Shown in pieces: positions 27,501 to 40,418 of a stretch of 64,000 nt of DNA. The notes under the pieces are model-generated. The model worked only from the letters and a program-made list of their open reading frames with translations, searched no databases and was not told where the DNA came from. The number at the start of each line of letters is the position of its first letter. Position 1 is the first letter of the stretch. The position numbers and the translations under genes are program-made. This DNA comes from Trichinella spiralis (taxonomy: Eukaryota), in NCBI RefSeq assembly GCF_000181795.1, contig NW_003526947.1, forward strand, positions 478,422 to 542,421, given 5' to 3'.

Positions 27501-29221
27501 GGATACAAGTCGATTTACATATCCCAAAAGACCAATCGTTTTCATAGCAATTTGTTATTGTGCCACTTCAGTTGGATATCTTCTTCGTTTGCTTGTCGGA
27601 CGTGAAGCTGCCGGTTGCCAACAACTGGACAGTGGTCAGAGTGTACTGGTCTCTCATAGTCTTTCTAACGCCGTATGCGTGGTCACATTTATATTGCTGT
27701 ATTATTTCGGCTTGGCCAGCGCGGTTTGGTGGCTCATCCTCACGATGACATGGTATTTAGCTGCAGGTCGTAAATGGAGTCAAGAGGCTATAGCTCGTTT
27801 AAGTTCTACTTTTCACATCATTGCATGGGTTATTCCGGCAAGCTTGACCGTCACGTTGCTTGTTACACACGAACTCGAAGCAAGCGAACTCACTTCGATG
27901 TGTTTTGTTTGCTTGCACAGCAGCTCTGCACTTTTTGGTAAGTTAATCCAACATTTTAGTTTGTCATAAAATCCCGTTTTTTGTTTCACCACTCATATTT
28001 TAATATTGTGATGATGACAAAAAAAACTTGACTAAACATTATATATGTAAATATGCAACGTGATGAAATTTAACATTTATAAATTAGGTATTTGAGGAAG
28101 CAAGTTTTTTCAAACGTTTGAAAATTTGATAATGATGCATAATAAAACAGACAGTCGACAATGCTGAGCAATAGTGCAGAAAAGTGTTATGGACAATCTT
28201 TTCAAAAATTACAAAGATAAGTAATAAATTAAAAATACTGGTTGGACATATTTGTAAATTTGTCAAAATTAATTGACGGTTTCTATAAATGTCATGTGCT
28301 GAAATCGTTTAAATCGCATAATAAATTGAAAAAATTAATGGTTTCCAAAACAGAACTAGTATTTTCTATTTATAGACTTTTGATACTAAATGTGTGACAT
28401 TGAAAATTATGTTTTGCTGTATTAAAAGATTTACTATTTTGACCATATTTTGTGTAACTTTAAATGCTTTCCGAATATACTTTTCAATCTGCTAAACGGG
28501 GAACTTTAATTATTTCATATTGATGAAGTTTATTGTTTGACGTTTGAAAAAAAAAATTTTTTTTTATCATATAGGCTTTGTCGTTGGACCGGTGGCTGTG
28601 TTTTCTGCTATTGGAATTTGCTTCATGGTAGCCGGTATAGTGTCAATGGTTCGCATCAGCAGGGAAATGCGTTTTCGCATATGCGATACTGATTTGCAAA
28701 AATTACGCAAACTGATGACCAAAGTTTGCGTCTTTTCTTTGCTCTACGTTGTGCTAACGCTCATAGTGGTTGTGTGCTCTGTGTATGAGAAATTCTTTGA
28801 TGAGGAATGGCTCAGCAGTCAGTTTGAATGCCGTCCTCAGTCTTTCAAGGATGCAACAACCGGTGTTGGTTTGCGACATTGTAATATGTCCGGTATGGGT
28901 TCTTTGAGTCCACCTGCGGTTGAAATCTACATGCTCAAGGTGTTCATTAGTCTCACAATTGGCATAATAAGCAGCATGTGGATCTGGAGCAAAAAGACAC
29001 TGCTCATGTGGCATCATTTCTTTTGTGAAAAACTGTTCTCGAATCCAGTGGCAAAATCTGGCCCTGCCCAATACGCACAAGGATCTTCTTCTTTGCATCA
29101 TCCTTCTCAAGATCGAGTGCCATCATCAGCCTTGCCCTCCCAGACTGCAGGAACTCATTATTATTTTCCAGCCGGGTATCCTCAACCCCGAGGTTTCTGC
29201 AAAAGTCCAGCAGCTCATTAA
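18547..29221 (+). CDS. FZD4: Frizzled Wnt receptor, FZD4/9/10 (MIG-1-like) class; exons 18547-19006, 27215-27937, 28575-29221 (~609 aa)
   Basis: Signal peptide, then a 10-Cys CRD (CERIMVPLCKDMPYNLTRLPN...FFLCSVFTPMCTE...LNCSQFPAQN). The 7TM region includes RFTYPKRPIVF, WWLILTMTWYLAAGRKWSQEAI and KLMTKVCVFSLLY, followed by KTxxxW (KTLLMW). Both introns are phase 1, GT-AG (8208 and 637 nt). The subfamily label is less certain than the Frizzled call. Confidence 0.92.
22960..23200. promoter_or_regulatory. Candidate intronic enhancer in frizzled with TCF/POP-1 motifs
   Basis: GC-rich island bracketed by CTTTGAT (22972-22978) and AGATCAAAG (23167-23175), with GGGCGT motifs inside. Confidence 0.3.
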
Positions 29222-32200
29222 GAAGAAATTTTCTGCAAAGTCCATTAATCGCCGTTTTCAACGAAAGATTATTGTCATCACATATTGCATTTTGTAAACC
29301 TTGTGCTATTCCATCCAATGTAGACAAACAAAACAGACCAGTGCCAACAAATTTTTCGTTTTCATTCATATACTTTTTTGTATTTAATTTTTCTTTGTAA
29401 AGACATTTCTTTTTCAGTATAATAATTAATCATTCTCTAGAGTTCAAATAAAAATTATTTTTTGCAAACAACAAATTTGCATGTGCTTCTTCTTGGTTTT
29501 CTTTTACGTTTATGTCATTTAAAGAATTAAATGAGTGAAAGAAATTTTTAGCAAAGTTCGATAATTTTCAACTTTCATTTATGCTAGTTTTGTCGATTAA
29601 TTTTCCCATTTATAATATTAAATTATACTACTAATGCTGTTGCTGATTATGATAATGATGACTGTGTCGACAACAGCGACCAGTTAGTTGTAAGTTTCGG
29701 CTAGCCAGCCGGGTTCAAACTGGGCTTCGCTTTTGGAATGCAGTTTTGTTGTTCAGATTGGTTCCATTGTAAACCTACTTTTCAGTGTTATTCTGCGCTC
29801 GCATTATTACACCAAAAGTGATGAGTCTGCTAGATCAATGGTCATTTTATGATCAGTTTATGGGGCTGTAATAAAAATTCCTAACGACGTATTAATACTC
29901 CAATTATGACCGTCAAAAGTTAAATATATTGCCACAATATCTGACTGCAGAAGTGACGGCGAACTGTTTTAAAAAGAATAAATAAATTTTGTTTATTTGA
30001 CAAGAAGAAATGCAAAGTTCTTTAGCATATGATTTACTGTTCTTATTGGCAAAAACAGTTACAGTAACGGGAGACGACCTTTGCTACAGTAATGGAAATA
30101 AAAAAGTGTAATTTTTATCTTTCATTTTCATTTAACTAACTGTTGTCAATGCGCATAGTTTGTAATTTTTTTTAATTTTAATTTTAATTACTTCTAATAG
30201 TTTTACTTCTACATCACATAATTATCATGCAGCAACATTTATTGTTTCTATTTTCTCAAAATTTATTGCAACATTATTAATTTGTTCTACAATTATTTGT
30301 CGAAAGATTTTGCTGGCAACGTAAATTAAATTTGATAAATTTAATATACAGTGGACATACGGAAAAATAAGTTTCGATACACTGAATAGCAAGACATTTT
30401 GCAAACAATCTTTGTTAATCAACTGTTTAAAAAGAAGTTTCAGAAGCAAATATAATCATAAATTATTATAAAAGAAAAAAACAATTCAGTAGTCGTAATT
30501 ATCAATATAAAACTGATTTTTACAAAAATTATTTCATTTTTATCATATAAATATGCAAAATGTTTCTATTCTGCTATTAATCAACAAATTGACTAATGCT
30601 GGAGCATTTTTCAATTTGATTTTGGTTATAAAATATTATAAAATACTTACAAAATGTAATTGTACATGCATGTATACAATAAATGTATACAAAATACAAT
30701 TTAAAAAATATATATGTATCATTTTCATTAAAAAAAATACACTAGTCATTTTAAAACACAAAATACATATTGTAATATGTATAGCTGATCTTTTAAATCT
30801 TTGGATTATAAAAAACAAATAAAGAAATGTGCAAATATGATAAAAAAATAATGAAAAATAATAATAATTGCAGCAAAATAAATATGAGGTAAGAATTTTT
30901 ATTATAATCAAGCACTTAAAGTATAAAATAAATAGTAAATGAAAAATGTTGATGATCTTATAATTCCATTTGTTAGACTCTGATATGGATTTTGCTCATT
31001 AGTCAATAATTTTTACAAAAAATTTAATATTGGCAGTTTAAAACTGCTTAAACAAAGCATCAGATTAAGCAGTACAGTAAATGCTGATTGGCATTTTTAT
31101 GCATTTTTTATTCATAAATACTGAAATAATTATCATAGTAAGGAAATAAACATGTAAAAATTATAAATAAATAAATGAAAATAAATTTATTATTTTTGGG
31201 ATTATAAACTTTTGCTTTTAAATTTATTTCATATATATGGATAGTTATATTATACTTATACAAAAGTTGGTCAGTTTATTTTCTATTTGAAATTTCAATT
31301 TAAAAAAGTGTTAATTCTAGAGTAAATCTAATTATATTCATGATAAAATTAAAGTTTTCAAAAGAATAAAATTTTAAATTGGTTGAAAAGGAACATCAGA
31401 ATTTGCAAGCATAGTATATTTGTAAATCTAGGGGATTTATTTTAAGGATTTGTCATAGTCTGCTTTTTTTCTATTTCAAATTGAAATGAAATAAATTTAT
31501 CATGGATTTAAGCATTGTAATATTATTGAATGCTATTTTAAAAGTAAAAAATGAAGCAATCTTATTAATTATTGGAAGTTAATTGCAGTTATGAAAGTAG
31601 TTAGTTAATTATTGGAAATTGTAATTTTCAAATTTTCACAGCTTGCTTATAGCACACAGGACTTTTATCTTGCTACAAGTTTGGCGAGTCGTTTTTGCAA
31701 AGCATATTTAAATTCTAAATTATATCTCATTATATTTTTAATTGAAGATTTAAAGCGATATATTATTTAAAAAAAAAAGCTTTTAACGCAATCTTTTTAA
31801 GCAATTCAATGCAATCTGCAATGCATGGAAATGAATCAGTTAAAAATTCTATTGATTTATTAAAAATGTTGAGATTATTTTAAAGATGTATTGCCTTTTT
31901 TTCTTTTAATATTTTAACTATAAGAATAATTTGTCTGTGAACCAACAACAATAATAATTATTATTATTATTATAATACATACACACATATATATGATATG
32001 ATATGATATGTTATTATTATTAAAGGTTCGTTAGTTAAAAATTTTAATTTTTGAATTTAAGAAAAGGCAAAAAAAGAAGGCAAAAAAATCTGAGGATAAA
32101 TAAAGAGATATGATTGCAATTTGGAAAATTTTTGATCGATGAGCAATCGTTTATGTGTACGGATGTAGAGCTTTTGACAAAGTTTGAACGAATATCCGTT

Positions 32201-33900
32201 TGGAAAAGCAGAGGCAAATGCTTGATAAACAGAAAAGCAGCGTTGTATAAAAATTGCTTTGCAAAGCGTAGAAAAAGATCGATTCGTTGACGGACTAATT
32301 GGCTTGGTTGTTGGCCAAAGCTTCCGGTTTGGGAAGTTGTCGGCTGCTTTTGGCAAGATTGTCAATTAACAAGACTCTAGCCAAATCTTCTTAACAACAT
32401 CTTCACCATCAGTTGATCATCGATTACTACTACTACTGCTACTATTAGTGCTGCTGCTGCTGCTGCTGCTGCCGCTTCTACTATTACTACCAGTAAAAAG
32501 ACAAAAAAGGTGTGGCCAATGTGTAGGGTCAGCTGAAATCTTATTCAGACGGCGCCACAGTCGACTGCTATGATTTTCACAAAGGGTTGCTTCGAAACGT
32601 TGAATAGGTGACAAAACGTCTGTGCATCGACAGTAATACTGTCAAATTTGGTTTCCGTTTTTATGTCATACGATGACACAATCTTCGAAACGTTGTCTTA
32701 AAAACCAACTTCATCATGGTTTCTGAAAACTGTAACCAGTTTAAAACAAGCAGCTATTCGAAAACACCTTCACGCTCCAGTTGAGCAGAAAAGGAAAATG
32801 CTATTGTCAAAGGATTCATTCTTCCATTGGACCAACTTTGTCTGGCATGCTGGTCGGCTTCCATTTTGGCAAATTTAATTCCCAATCTATCAACCTCCTC
32901 ACTCAACCTACAACAACTCTACTATTTGTCCCATTGCTTTCTTCTCTATTCTTCTCCTTTTTACCAATTGCAAAAGTATGATAATTTTTTTTAAAGCTTT
33001 CTTCTTTTTTTTTAAAAATCTTTCATAAATATTTAAACTTCGATTATAATTAATAAAAAAATAATTTATGAAAAAAGGATTTATTAGGAATTTCTTTTAC
33101 AATTTCAATAATCAAAATGTGGAAAAATTAATTACAATTGTTATTAATCGATTTTATCGTTATTATTATTATTATTATTATTATTAGTTTAATACTTTTG
33201 TGAGTCATGATAAGTTGTATCTTATCAAAATGGCATTCATTTTTCACAATGAACAACAATAAATTTTTTTATCAATAAAATTAATCTGACACGTCTGAAA
33301 AGTTTAAAATGATCATAAAGTTCACCAGCAAAGAAACAGCATATGACTGAAATACTCAAGTACAGTGTGAATAGAATTTTTTTTCGACTTTTGCTTTCTT
33401 ATTGCTTTTCTTGTTTCAAAAAATAATACTATTTTTTAACTTGTATTGTTAAAATATTTGGTTTTTTTTATTTCGCATTTACTAAAGCAGTCATTGAAAA
33501 GGATACAGTATGAAATTGCTTGTGCATTTATTATCGAGCGATTATCATCATAATTGTCATTGTCGAAGAAAAAATTGAATTTTAAGAAATTATTGAAAAA
33601 GTTTCAAACCAGGTTTATTTGTGCGATATATTATTTAGATGATGATAAGTTGTCTTACATGTATTGTATTGTCTTTAATTTCAAGCTTGCAACTGTTTTT
33701 TTTACTCAGATATGTTTGCACTTGTAAGGCAAAATAAATTTGGAAACGTTTATTGCAAAGTTTAATATCAAAGAAAAATGAAATCAGTTTAAAATGCAAA
33801 CGTGGAATATGTGTTCACTTTGTTTAACAAGTGACAACAATAGATAGTATGCTTAAATCAAGAATGTGATGGTAACAATTATTACTGGAAACGGAAACTG

Positions 33901-33915
33901 ACATACATACATACA

Positions 33916-33944
<29 letters not shown>
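33901..33944. repeat. (ACAT)n tetranucleotide microsatellite
   Basis: About 11 perfect ACAT units read directly. Confidence 0.95.
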
Positions 33945-33949
<5 letters not shown>

Positions 33950-35510
33950 CAGGCATGTTGATGTCAGTTAGCATTTTTGTGATGTGATTCGAGAAAATTT
34001 CAATTTGCAGAAATAGCAAACACAGGTTTTTTATAGCTATTTTCTTAAGCATGCATTGGAATAAAAATGGAAGAAAATGTCACTAAAGCAAAAAAACAGG
34101 AAAGAGAATTTCATATATTATAAAAAATTGAAATGTCGTTCAAGTTGACCAAAAATGTTTGCCCGTGGTAGTAGATTAAATTGAAAATGGCTATCAATTG
34201 GAGGAAGAAGTTGTTTTGCAAGCAAATTGACGAGAGCAAAAGAGGAACGTGCTTTGAGAACAATTTTGTCATCATATGTCAATGATTAACAGTTGCAAAT
34301 GCCGTTGAATAATAGTAATATTGAATAATTTTTCAACAACAGCTTCTTTTGCTGCATCGAATTCAGAAAAAAAAATCATATTTCAAATTTAATTTAAATA
34401 ATTTTTTCCCTCCTCACTTTATTTTCAATAATTTTTCATTTGCTATTGTTGTTGTTGCTACTGCTGCTGCTGTTCTTCTCAAATGCATGTGCAATTTTTT
34501 AACGTCATCTTTTAAAAAAATATATAACATGCTCCGTGATAAATTTCAAAATTTTATTTTCCTTCAATTCATACGTCAGAATAATAATGGAAGCTTTTAC
34601 GTAGGTGAAGGAAATATTTCCACAGAAAAGTAAGTGCTATAGAATGGGAACATTTTTTGATTTGCAAAAGAACAAAAAATGCAAATGTATGTTAGCAACG
34701 TAAGCTTGCGTAAGATTGTAAATTTCTGCATTGTTCTTTCAACTGGTTTGGGTGTAAAAATAAATTTCCTCAAGTTTACACAATGTACTTGGAATGGCTA
34801 CTTGGACGAAGAAAAATTATTTCCAGTCCAGTTTCATTTGTTAGCTACTCTGCGGTTACCAGCTACTTGCTAAATTTCAAAGATGTAAATGCTATTTTTT
34901 AATACTTATTCTTTTTTTTTCTAGTTTCCATTATTTTTATATTATTTTAATGGCACTTATCAATTTTTACGCTGTATAAAAAATATTGTATGCTTGAAAT
35001 TCGCTTTCTCTTTCTATTTTGATGTTGTAAAAGGCTGACTAAAGTTCGAGTATGCTCCAATTTTTCAAACAACGACGAAAAAGTAAGCCTTTAGTTTTTT
35101 TAAGAATAATAAAAGAAATATATTTGACTGAAAAAATGATTTAAAATTAAATCACATGATCTTTGAAAATATAAGCTACCCAGTTGAGAAGGTTTTCAAA
35201 AATAAAAAAACACTTTCATATTCTGCCATTTGCGAAGACACAGCTGTTGGTTGGTAAAAATAAAAATTTATCATAACCGACGTGTAACTTTTTTGAAATT
35301 TAAATTGTACAGCTTGTTCAGCGTTTGATAAATGGAGAATCTCACCTTCGCAAGGATGTTTCTATTAATCATTACATTGAAAATGTCACTGAATGCTTAT
35401 TATTTTACTTGTTTTGTTTATTGATTTATTTATTGATAAATAAGCTTAAGCTAGCTAGTCCTGCTGACAAAAAGAAGATTTTGTGACATCCAACTTTTCC
35501 ATTTTGTCGT

Positions 35511-35594
35511 TTCAAAGTTGCCGATGCTATCGGCTTTGACTGACAGGTGTCGCTAGTTGCCGGAGGTGTTTCTTGGTCAATCAAAGCCGGAAGT
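35511..35594. promoter_or_regulatory. Candidate enhancer: clustered TCF, ETS, MEIS and E-box motifs
   Basis: TTCAAAG 35511-35517, CTTTGAC 35534-35540, TGACAG/CAGGTG 35541-35549, CCGGAGGT 35560-35567, ATCAAAG 35580-35586 abutting CCGGAAGT 35587-35594; GC-rich island in AT-rich intergenic DNA. Confidence 0.35.
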
Positions 35595-38500
35595 GTTTGC
35601 AAAATTGAAAAGCCATCTATGCATATGTAGCGCGTGTTATTCAAAAATTCTGTTCCAATTGGTGAATAAAATGGTCCATGCTCGATCATTTGCATTTTGC
35701 AAATAATCGAGCATGTTCTTAATTTTGTGCGCAATTTGCATCAAGCATGACTATGCTGTGATCGATGTACTGTTTTCAATAAGCTGAGGTTTGTTGTTTT
35801 CCAGTTTTTGATTTTGTTTTTGCTTACTAACTTTTGTTTTTTGTTAAGCTTAATTCAATTTCAAATTTTTTAAAGATTTATTTCATTTCTTTTCTTGTTC
35901 AGCATTCATCATTGATAAAATACAAAGAAAAATTTCATTCGACTTAACGTGAATGAATTGCATTCATTTTTAAATTGATTCTGATTGGTTACATTTGTTT
36001 TTTGTTTTTGTTCGAATACTGTACATTTAGTTGTTTTTTCTTCCTTTCCTGTAAATTCTTCCTATACATCAAAATTAAAAACAATAAACAAACAAAATAT
36101 GCATATATTATTATGAATGTAATTTTTATTTCTCATGTCATCGTATGATAATTGTTAAACAAGAAAGTAATTGACAAAATTTCATACATCAGTATATTCA
36201 TCTTATGCCAATCATCATCTGTGTGATTGATGTTGTTCATAACAATGCTGTGTATAATGACTACTGTTTTCTATCTTTTCCTTGTCTGTGTATGTGTATG
36301 TTTGTGGGTTTTTTTTGATGATTGTAGATTGATTTTATGAAAAATTGTTTTGAAAAGAAAGGCATTATTGATTGTAAATAATTTTTTTCAAAAGCAGCTG
36401 TTGTTTTTTTTGAAAAAGAGTAAAAAATGAATTTTTCGGTTTAGCGCTTAGTTTTGAGAAAAATTGAACAAAATTTTCGAAGCAAAAAGTTACGATTATT
36501 TATTATTTTTTATTGATTAATAATAATATTGAACTTTTTAGTGATCATTTTATTTTCGTGTGAAAATAAAAAATGGAATTAATTTTTCAATTCATTTATT
36601 TGCTTACTGTAGTCAGCAATGGAAAATGCCATTTGACAGTGATGTGAGTGTTTAGATTTATCTTGCTTTATTTTTTTTACTGTATTTTTTTTGAATTCTT
36701 TTCACTTTTTCAAATTACTGATCCGATATATTTGTTGTTGTATTTCGGTTGACGTTGGAAACTTTTTTTATTTTAATAATAATAATAATGAAAGAACAAC
36801 GTGGTGAAATAAATAACTGATGGTAGAATAACAGCAAATTTTGGATTTTTATTTTGCATAATTTTGTTATTCTACTCGGCCAGTGTTGTTTGTTATCAAC
36901 TTTGTCAGGGTGAAGTGAGGAAATTGTAAAATTCGAATGATTCAAAATATCCACAACCAACAAAGTGCAAAATTTGTGTCCAACGAACAATAAGCAATTT
37001 TGACCAATTATGATAGAAATTATTCTGTTTTTTTAAATAATTGTTTATTGTTTATTTGTTGTTCAATTAATAGAAGAATTGTGAATTATTTGGCGAACGT
37101 GTGTGTGTGTGTGTATTGTTGGAATTTAATTTTACATGCAATTCGTAGAAATGTTCATCAATTGATGACAAATAATTGATCGTCATTCAATTTGGAAAAC
37201 AAAGAAAATTGTTCTTGCTCTATTTTCCATCACACAACTAAAACTACAACAAGATCGATGGGTGGGTCATCAATTTATCTAAAGTAACAACAACAACAAC
37301 AACAACAATGATTTTATTGCAAAAATTTTTTTCTTCTGCATCCATTTTCAATTTAATTTATGTATTTCTTTTTTATTTAAAATATTATTATTAGTTTGTT
37401 TAAATTTAACAAGAAAAACAATAATATATTGAAGATAAAATTTACATTTTCTACTCTTCGTTATTTGTTTATTTAATCAAATGTAACAAACATAATTGCA
37501 TGTTTCAAGTTTTCTCTTTATAAAAATTTCACATTACACATATATATATATACCTATATATTGTTAAAACTTTTGATAATTAAAATTTCTTTTTGCTGAT
37601 GATGCTCAGTGTAATAAAAGAAAACAAAACTCAACTATATGAACAGCAACGTTAGTGCTGAGAGAAAAGTGTGTGTGTAAGAATAATAATAATAATAATA
37701 ATATCAGCAACTAGAGGCGTAGTAATTTTGCAATGGATGCAGCAAATGCAGAACAGCTGTGCGATCAGTTTTATTTCGTTCGTTATATAAAGATGATGAT
37801 GATGATTATTATTATTATTCTTATTATGAAGATCATACCGCCGGTGTTTCTCTTCTTCTTCTTCTTCTTCATCGTCGTCTTCTTATTCTACTTTGTCGGA
37901 TGTTTTGCATTTTCAGTATGTTCACGTGCAATTCAACCACTTTCACTACATCTTACACATGTGAGACTTATTCTCTCTTTTCTTCACAAATTGTTCATTT
38001 TTCCACTTTACACTCAAATATACCATCAAATTCTGCTGCTGCTGCTGCTACTATTTAACCACTTTGAAATGAGATCGTTTTTCTCCTTTTTTATTCATCC
38101 GATTATCATTTCATGTTCATCTATGGTATACGTTTATTATTATTATTTTTTTTGCTTTTAAACGTTCCCATAATTTCTCTCACAAATGTCAATTGCTTTT
38201 TGCAAAAAATTCACATTGAAAATTAAATAACATGTTATATGTATATGTATTTTTTTTCTTTCCAAAAATTGAAAATCATTTCAACAAGTTGTGAGTGAAG
38301 AATTTTTCCTCAAATTATGCAAATATTTCACTCGTTCGATTTGTTCGATAATTGCGTCCGTTTTCGTAAAAATGTTTCCAATTTGTTGCAATTTCGACAC
38401 TTTGAAATGGCAAACGATCATTTACAAAAAATACTGTAATATTGAATTTCAAACTTGAACATTTGTTTGTTTACTGTTACGGCTGACCACCTCCTTCGCG

Positions 38501-40254
38501 AACCGTCGCAGTGCGTGGGAGCATGGTACGTTACCATGGAATTTTTCCACATGGAATCCTACGACCGTTAATTCGCCAGTCAGTTGACAATTTTCACCCC
38601 AAAATTTTCCCACAATATATACCGTTTCAGTTTTTCTTCTTTTTTTTTCCATTTTTTTATTTTTAAATTTAAAAATTGTGAGCATTTTTATGAAAAATTT
38701 TTTTGTTTCTATTTTTAAAAATTGTTTTTTTTCTTTTTACAATTGTCATTTATATCGTAATCGTATCGATGAACAATTATTTAATATATATTTTATTTTA
38801 ATTTTTTAAATTGATCCTCATATCTGTATATTGCATCATATTTTTTGTTTTCTTTTTTAAATATAATTTCATTATTGTTTTTCTCTTTTGAGAATTCATG
38901 TTATTTTTTTTATTTATCATGATTGTTTAAATTTTCAATTTAATAAAATTGAATCAGCAATCATTAGTGTGTAATAATGTTATTCAATTTTACTTGAATA
39001 TTTTTCTGTTAATAGATCAGCTTAATTTATTTAGTATTTATATAAATAAATAAATAAATATTTCTTATCATTGCAAGTATTATTGTTGTTTAATAAAAGA
39101 AAAAAAATTCAAAAAGAATACAGTTTTCAATTCTCGTCTTCATCTTTTCATCACCACTTTCTTCTTCTTCAAGTTGTTGGATATTTTTCAATTTTAATTA
39201 TTTTGACAATTTTTTTTTAATCGAAAACAATTTCAGTTTTTCAAAAATTCGTGGAAAATGTAATGACCAATATTTATTGTTGCGCGTGTTTACAAAAGTA
39301 CTTATTTTGTTGATTTGTTTGTTTTCTGATTTTCCATTTTATACATGCAGTTGAAGAATTGGAAATTTTATCAAAAAATTTATTTTTTTGAACATCAAAA
39401 ATAGTGGATCAATTTGTTTAAAGAGAGGGATTTGTTTCAGTACGGATGTGGTGAAATTGTCGTTGGGCGGCGTTGTTTTGCAGACGTTGAGAGAGAGAGA
39501 AGAAAAGAAAATTTACCCTACAATTAGGGTTGGGGGGGAGGAATTTGAAATAATTGGTTTTTCAATAAATTGAACAGATATTTATTTATTAAAATTGTTG
39601 TTGTTGATCACGACAGTTTGTTGCGTCAGTTGTTGGCTTGTGACAATGGAAGCAATGTTTGAATTGTTTAAATTTCGATTGTAAAAAAAATTGAAACATT
39701 TTTGTCTTGCAAATTTTCTCTGTGAACATCATCTTTCGGTGTGTAAAAGAAAAGAGTGCTTTTATAATTTGTAAAATTTCATTGAGCGTCTGTTGTTTGT
39801 TATAAAAGTGATTGGATTTTCATCTGGCCAATGATTGAAGACATATTTTAAAATGTTGAATGGTGAAATTTTATTATTATTATTATTATTAATCCGGTTC
39901 GTGCTGGCCGAAAATTGTCCAAAAATCGATTCAATTGACCATCGCCGGCCTGGCAATTGCATCTCTACTACACGCTTGCATGTTTATCATCATTCATCCC
40001 ACTTTGCTAGCTAGCATTGCGTTCAGTTGAGCATTGCTCGAAATATTGTCTATCGTTCGTGTGTTCGGGTTTTTAATATTGAAAATTTTTACAATTTGTC
40101 ACTTTGTTGTTTGGGAAATTATTCATTTCAGATTTTACGCAAATTACGGCACAAGTCGGCCGGCCGGTCGCAGGGGCGTGGAAAATTTGAATTTTCCTCG
40201 GACCAACGGAGGAAGAGAATATCGATTCGACTCGTCGAGCTTGGTAGAAGTGGC

Positions 40255-40325
40255 TATTATTATTATTATTATTATTGTTGTTATTATTATTATCATTGTT
40301 GTTGTTGTTGTTGTTGTGGCTGTTA
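40255..40325. repeat. Compound (TAT)n/(TGT)n trinucleotide microsatellite upstream of guanylyl cyclase exon 1
   Basis: Alternating TAT and TGT runs; explains the poly-L/Y/I/N stretches in overlapping ORF calls. Confidence 0.9.
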
Positions 40326-40418
40326 CTGCTGCTTCTGTTGGTATTGTTCAGTGAAAGCTTGTACAAGCGACGCGCGTTGGATGCGACGCCGCGCGCGACG
40401 TCTGCTTGTGGCGGCAGC

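Noticed and set aside
29695..29730. GGTTCAAAC B-box/T-loop-like hairpin
   Set aside because: No A-box, cloverleaf or acceptor stem; not a tRNA, at most a SINE trace.
32057..32981. Cluster of short ORFs in a GC-richer patch
   Set aside because: Non-ATG starts, no consistent splice chain or domain; more likely non-coding sequence.
37733..38161. 142-aa and 99-aa ORFs with homopolymeric runs
   Set aside because: Produced by trinucleotide microsatellites (GAT, ATT, CTT, CTG); no splice or homology support.
40275..40418. Poly-Leu N-terminal extension of the 341-aa ORF
   Set aside because: Non-ATG start inside a TAT/TGT microsatellite; the first in-frame ATG (40419) is followed by a signal peptide.
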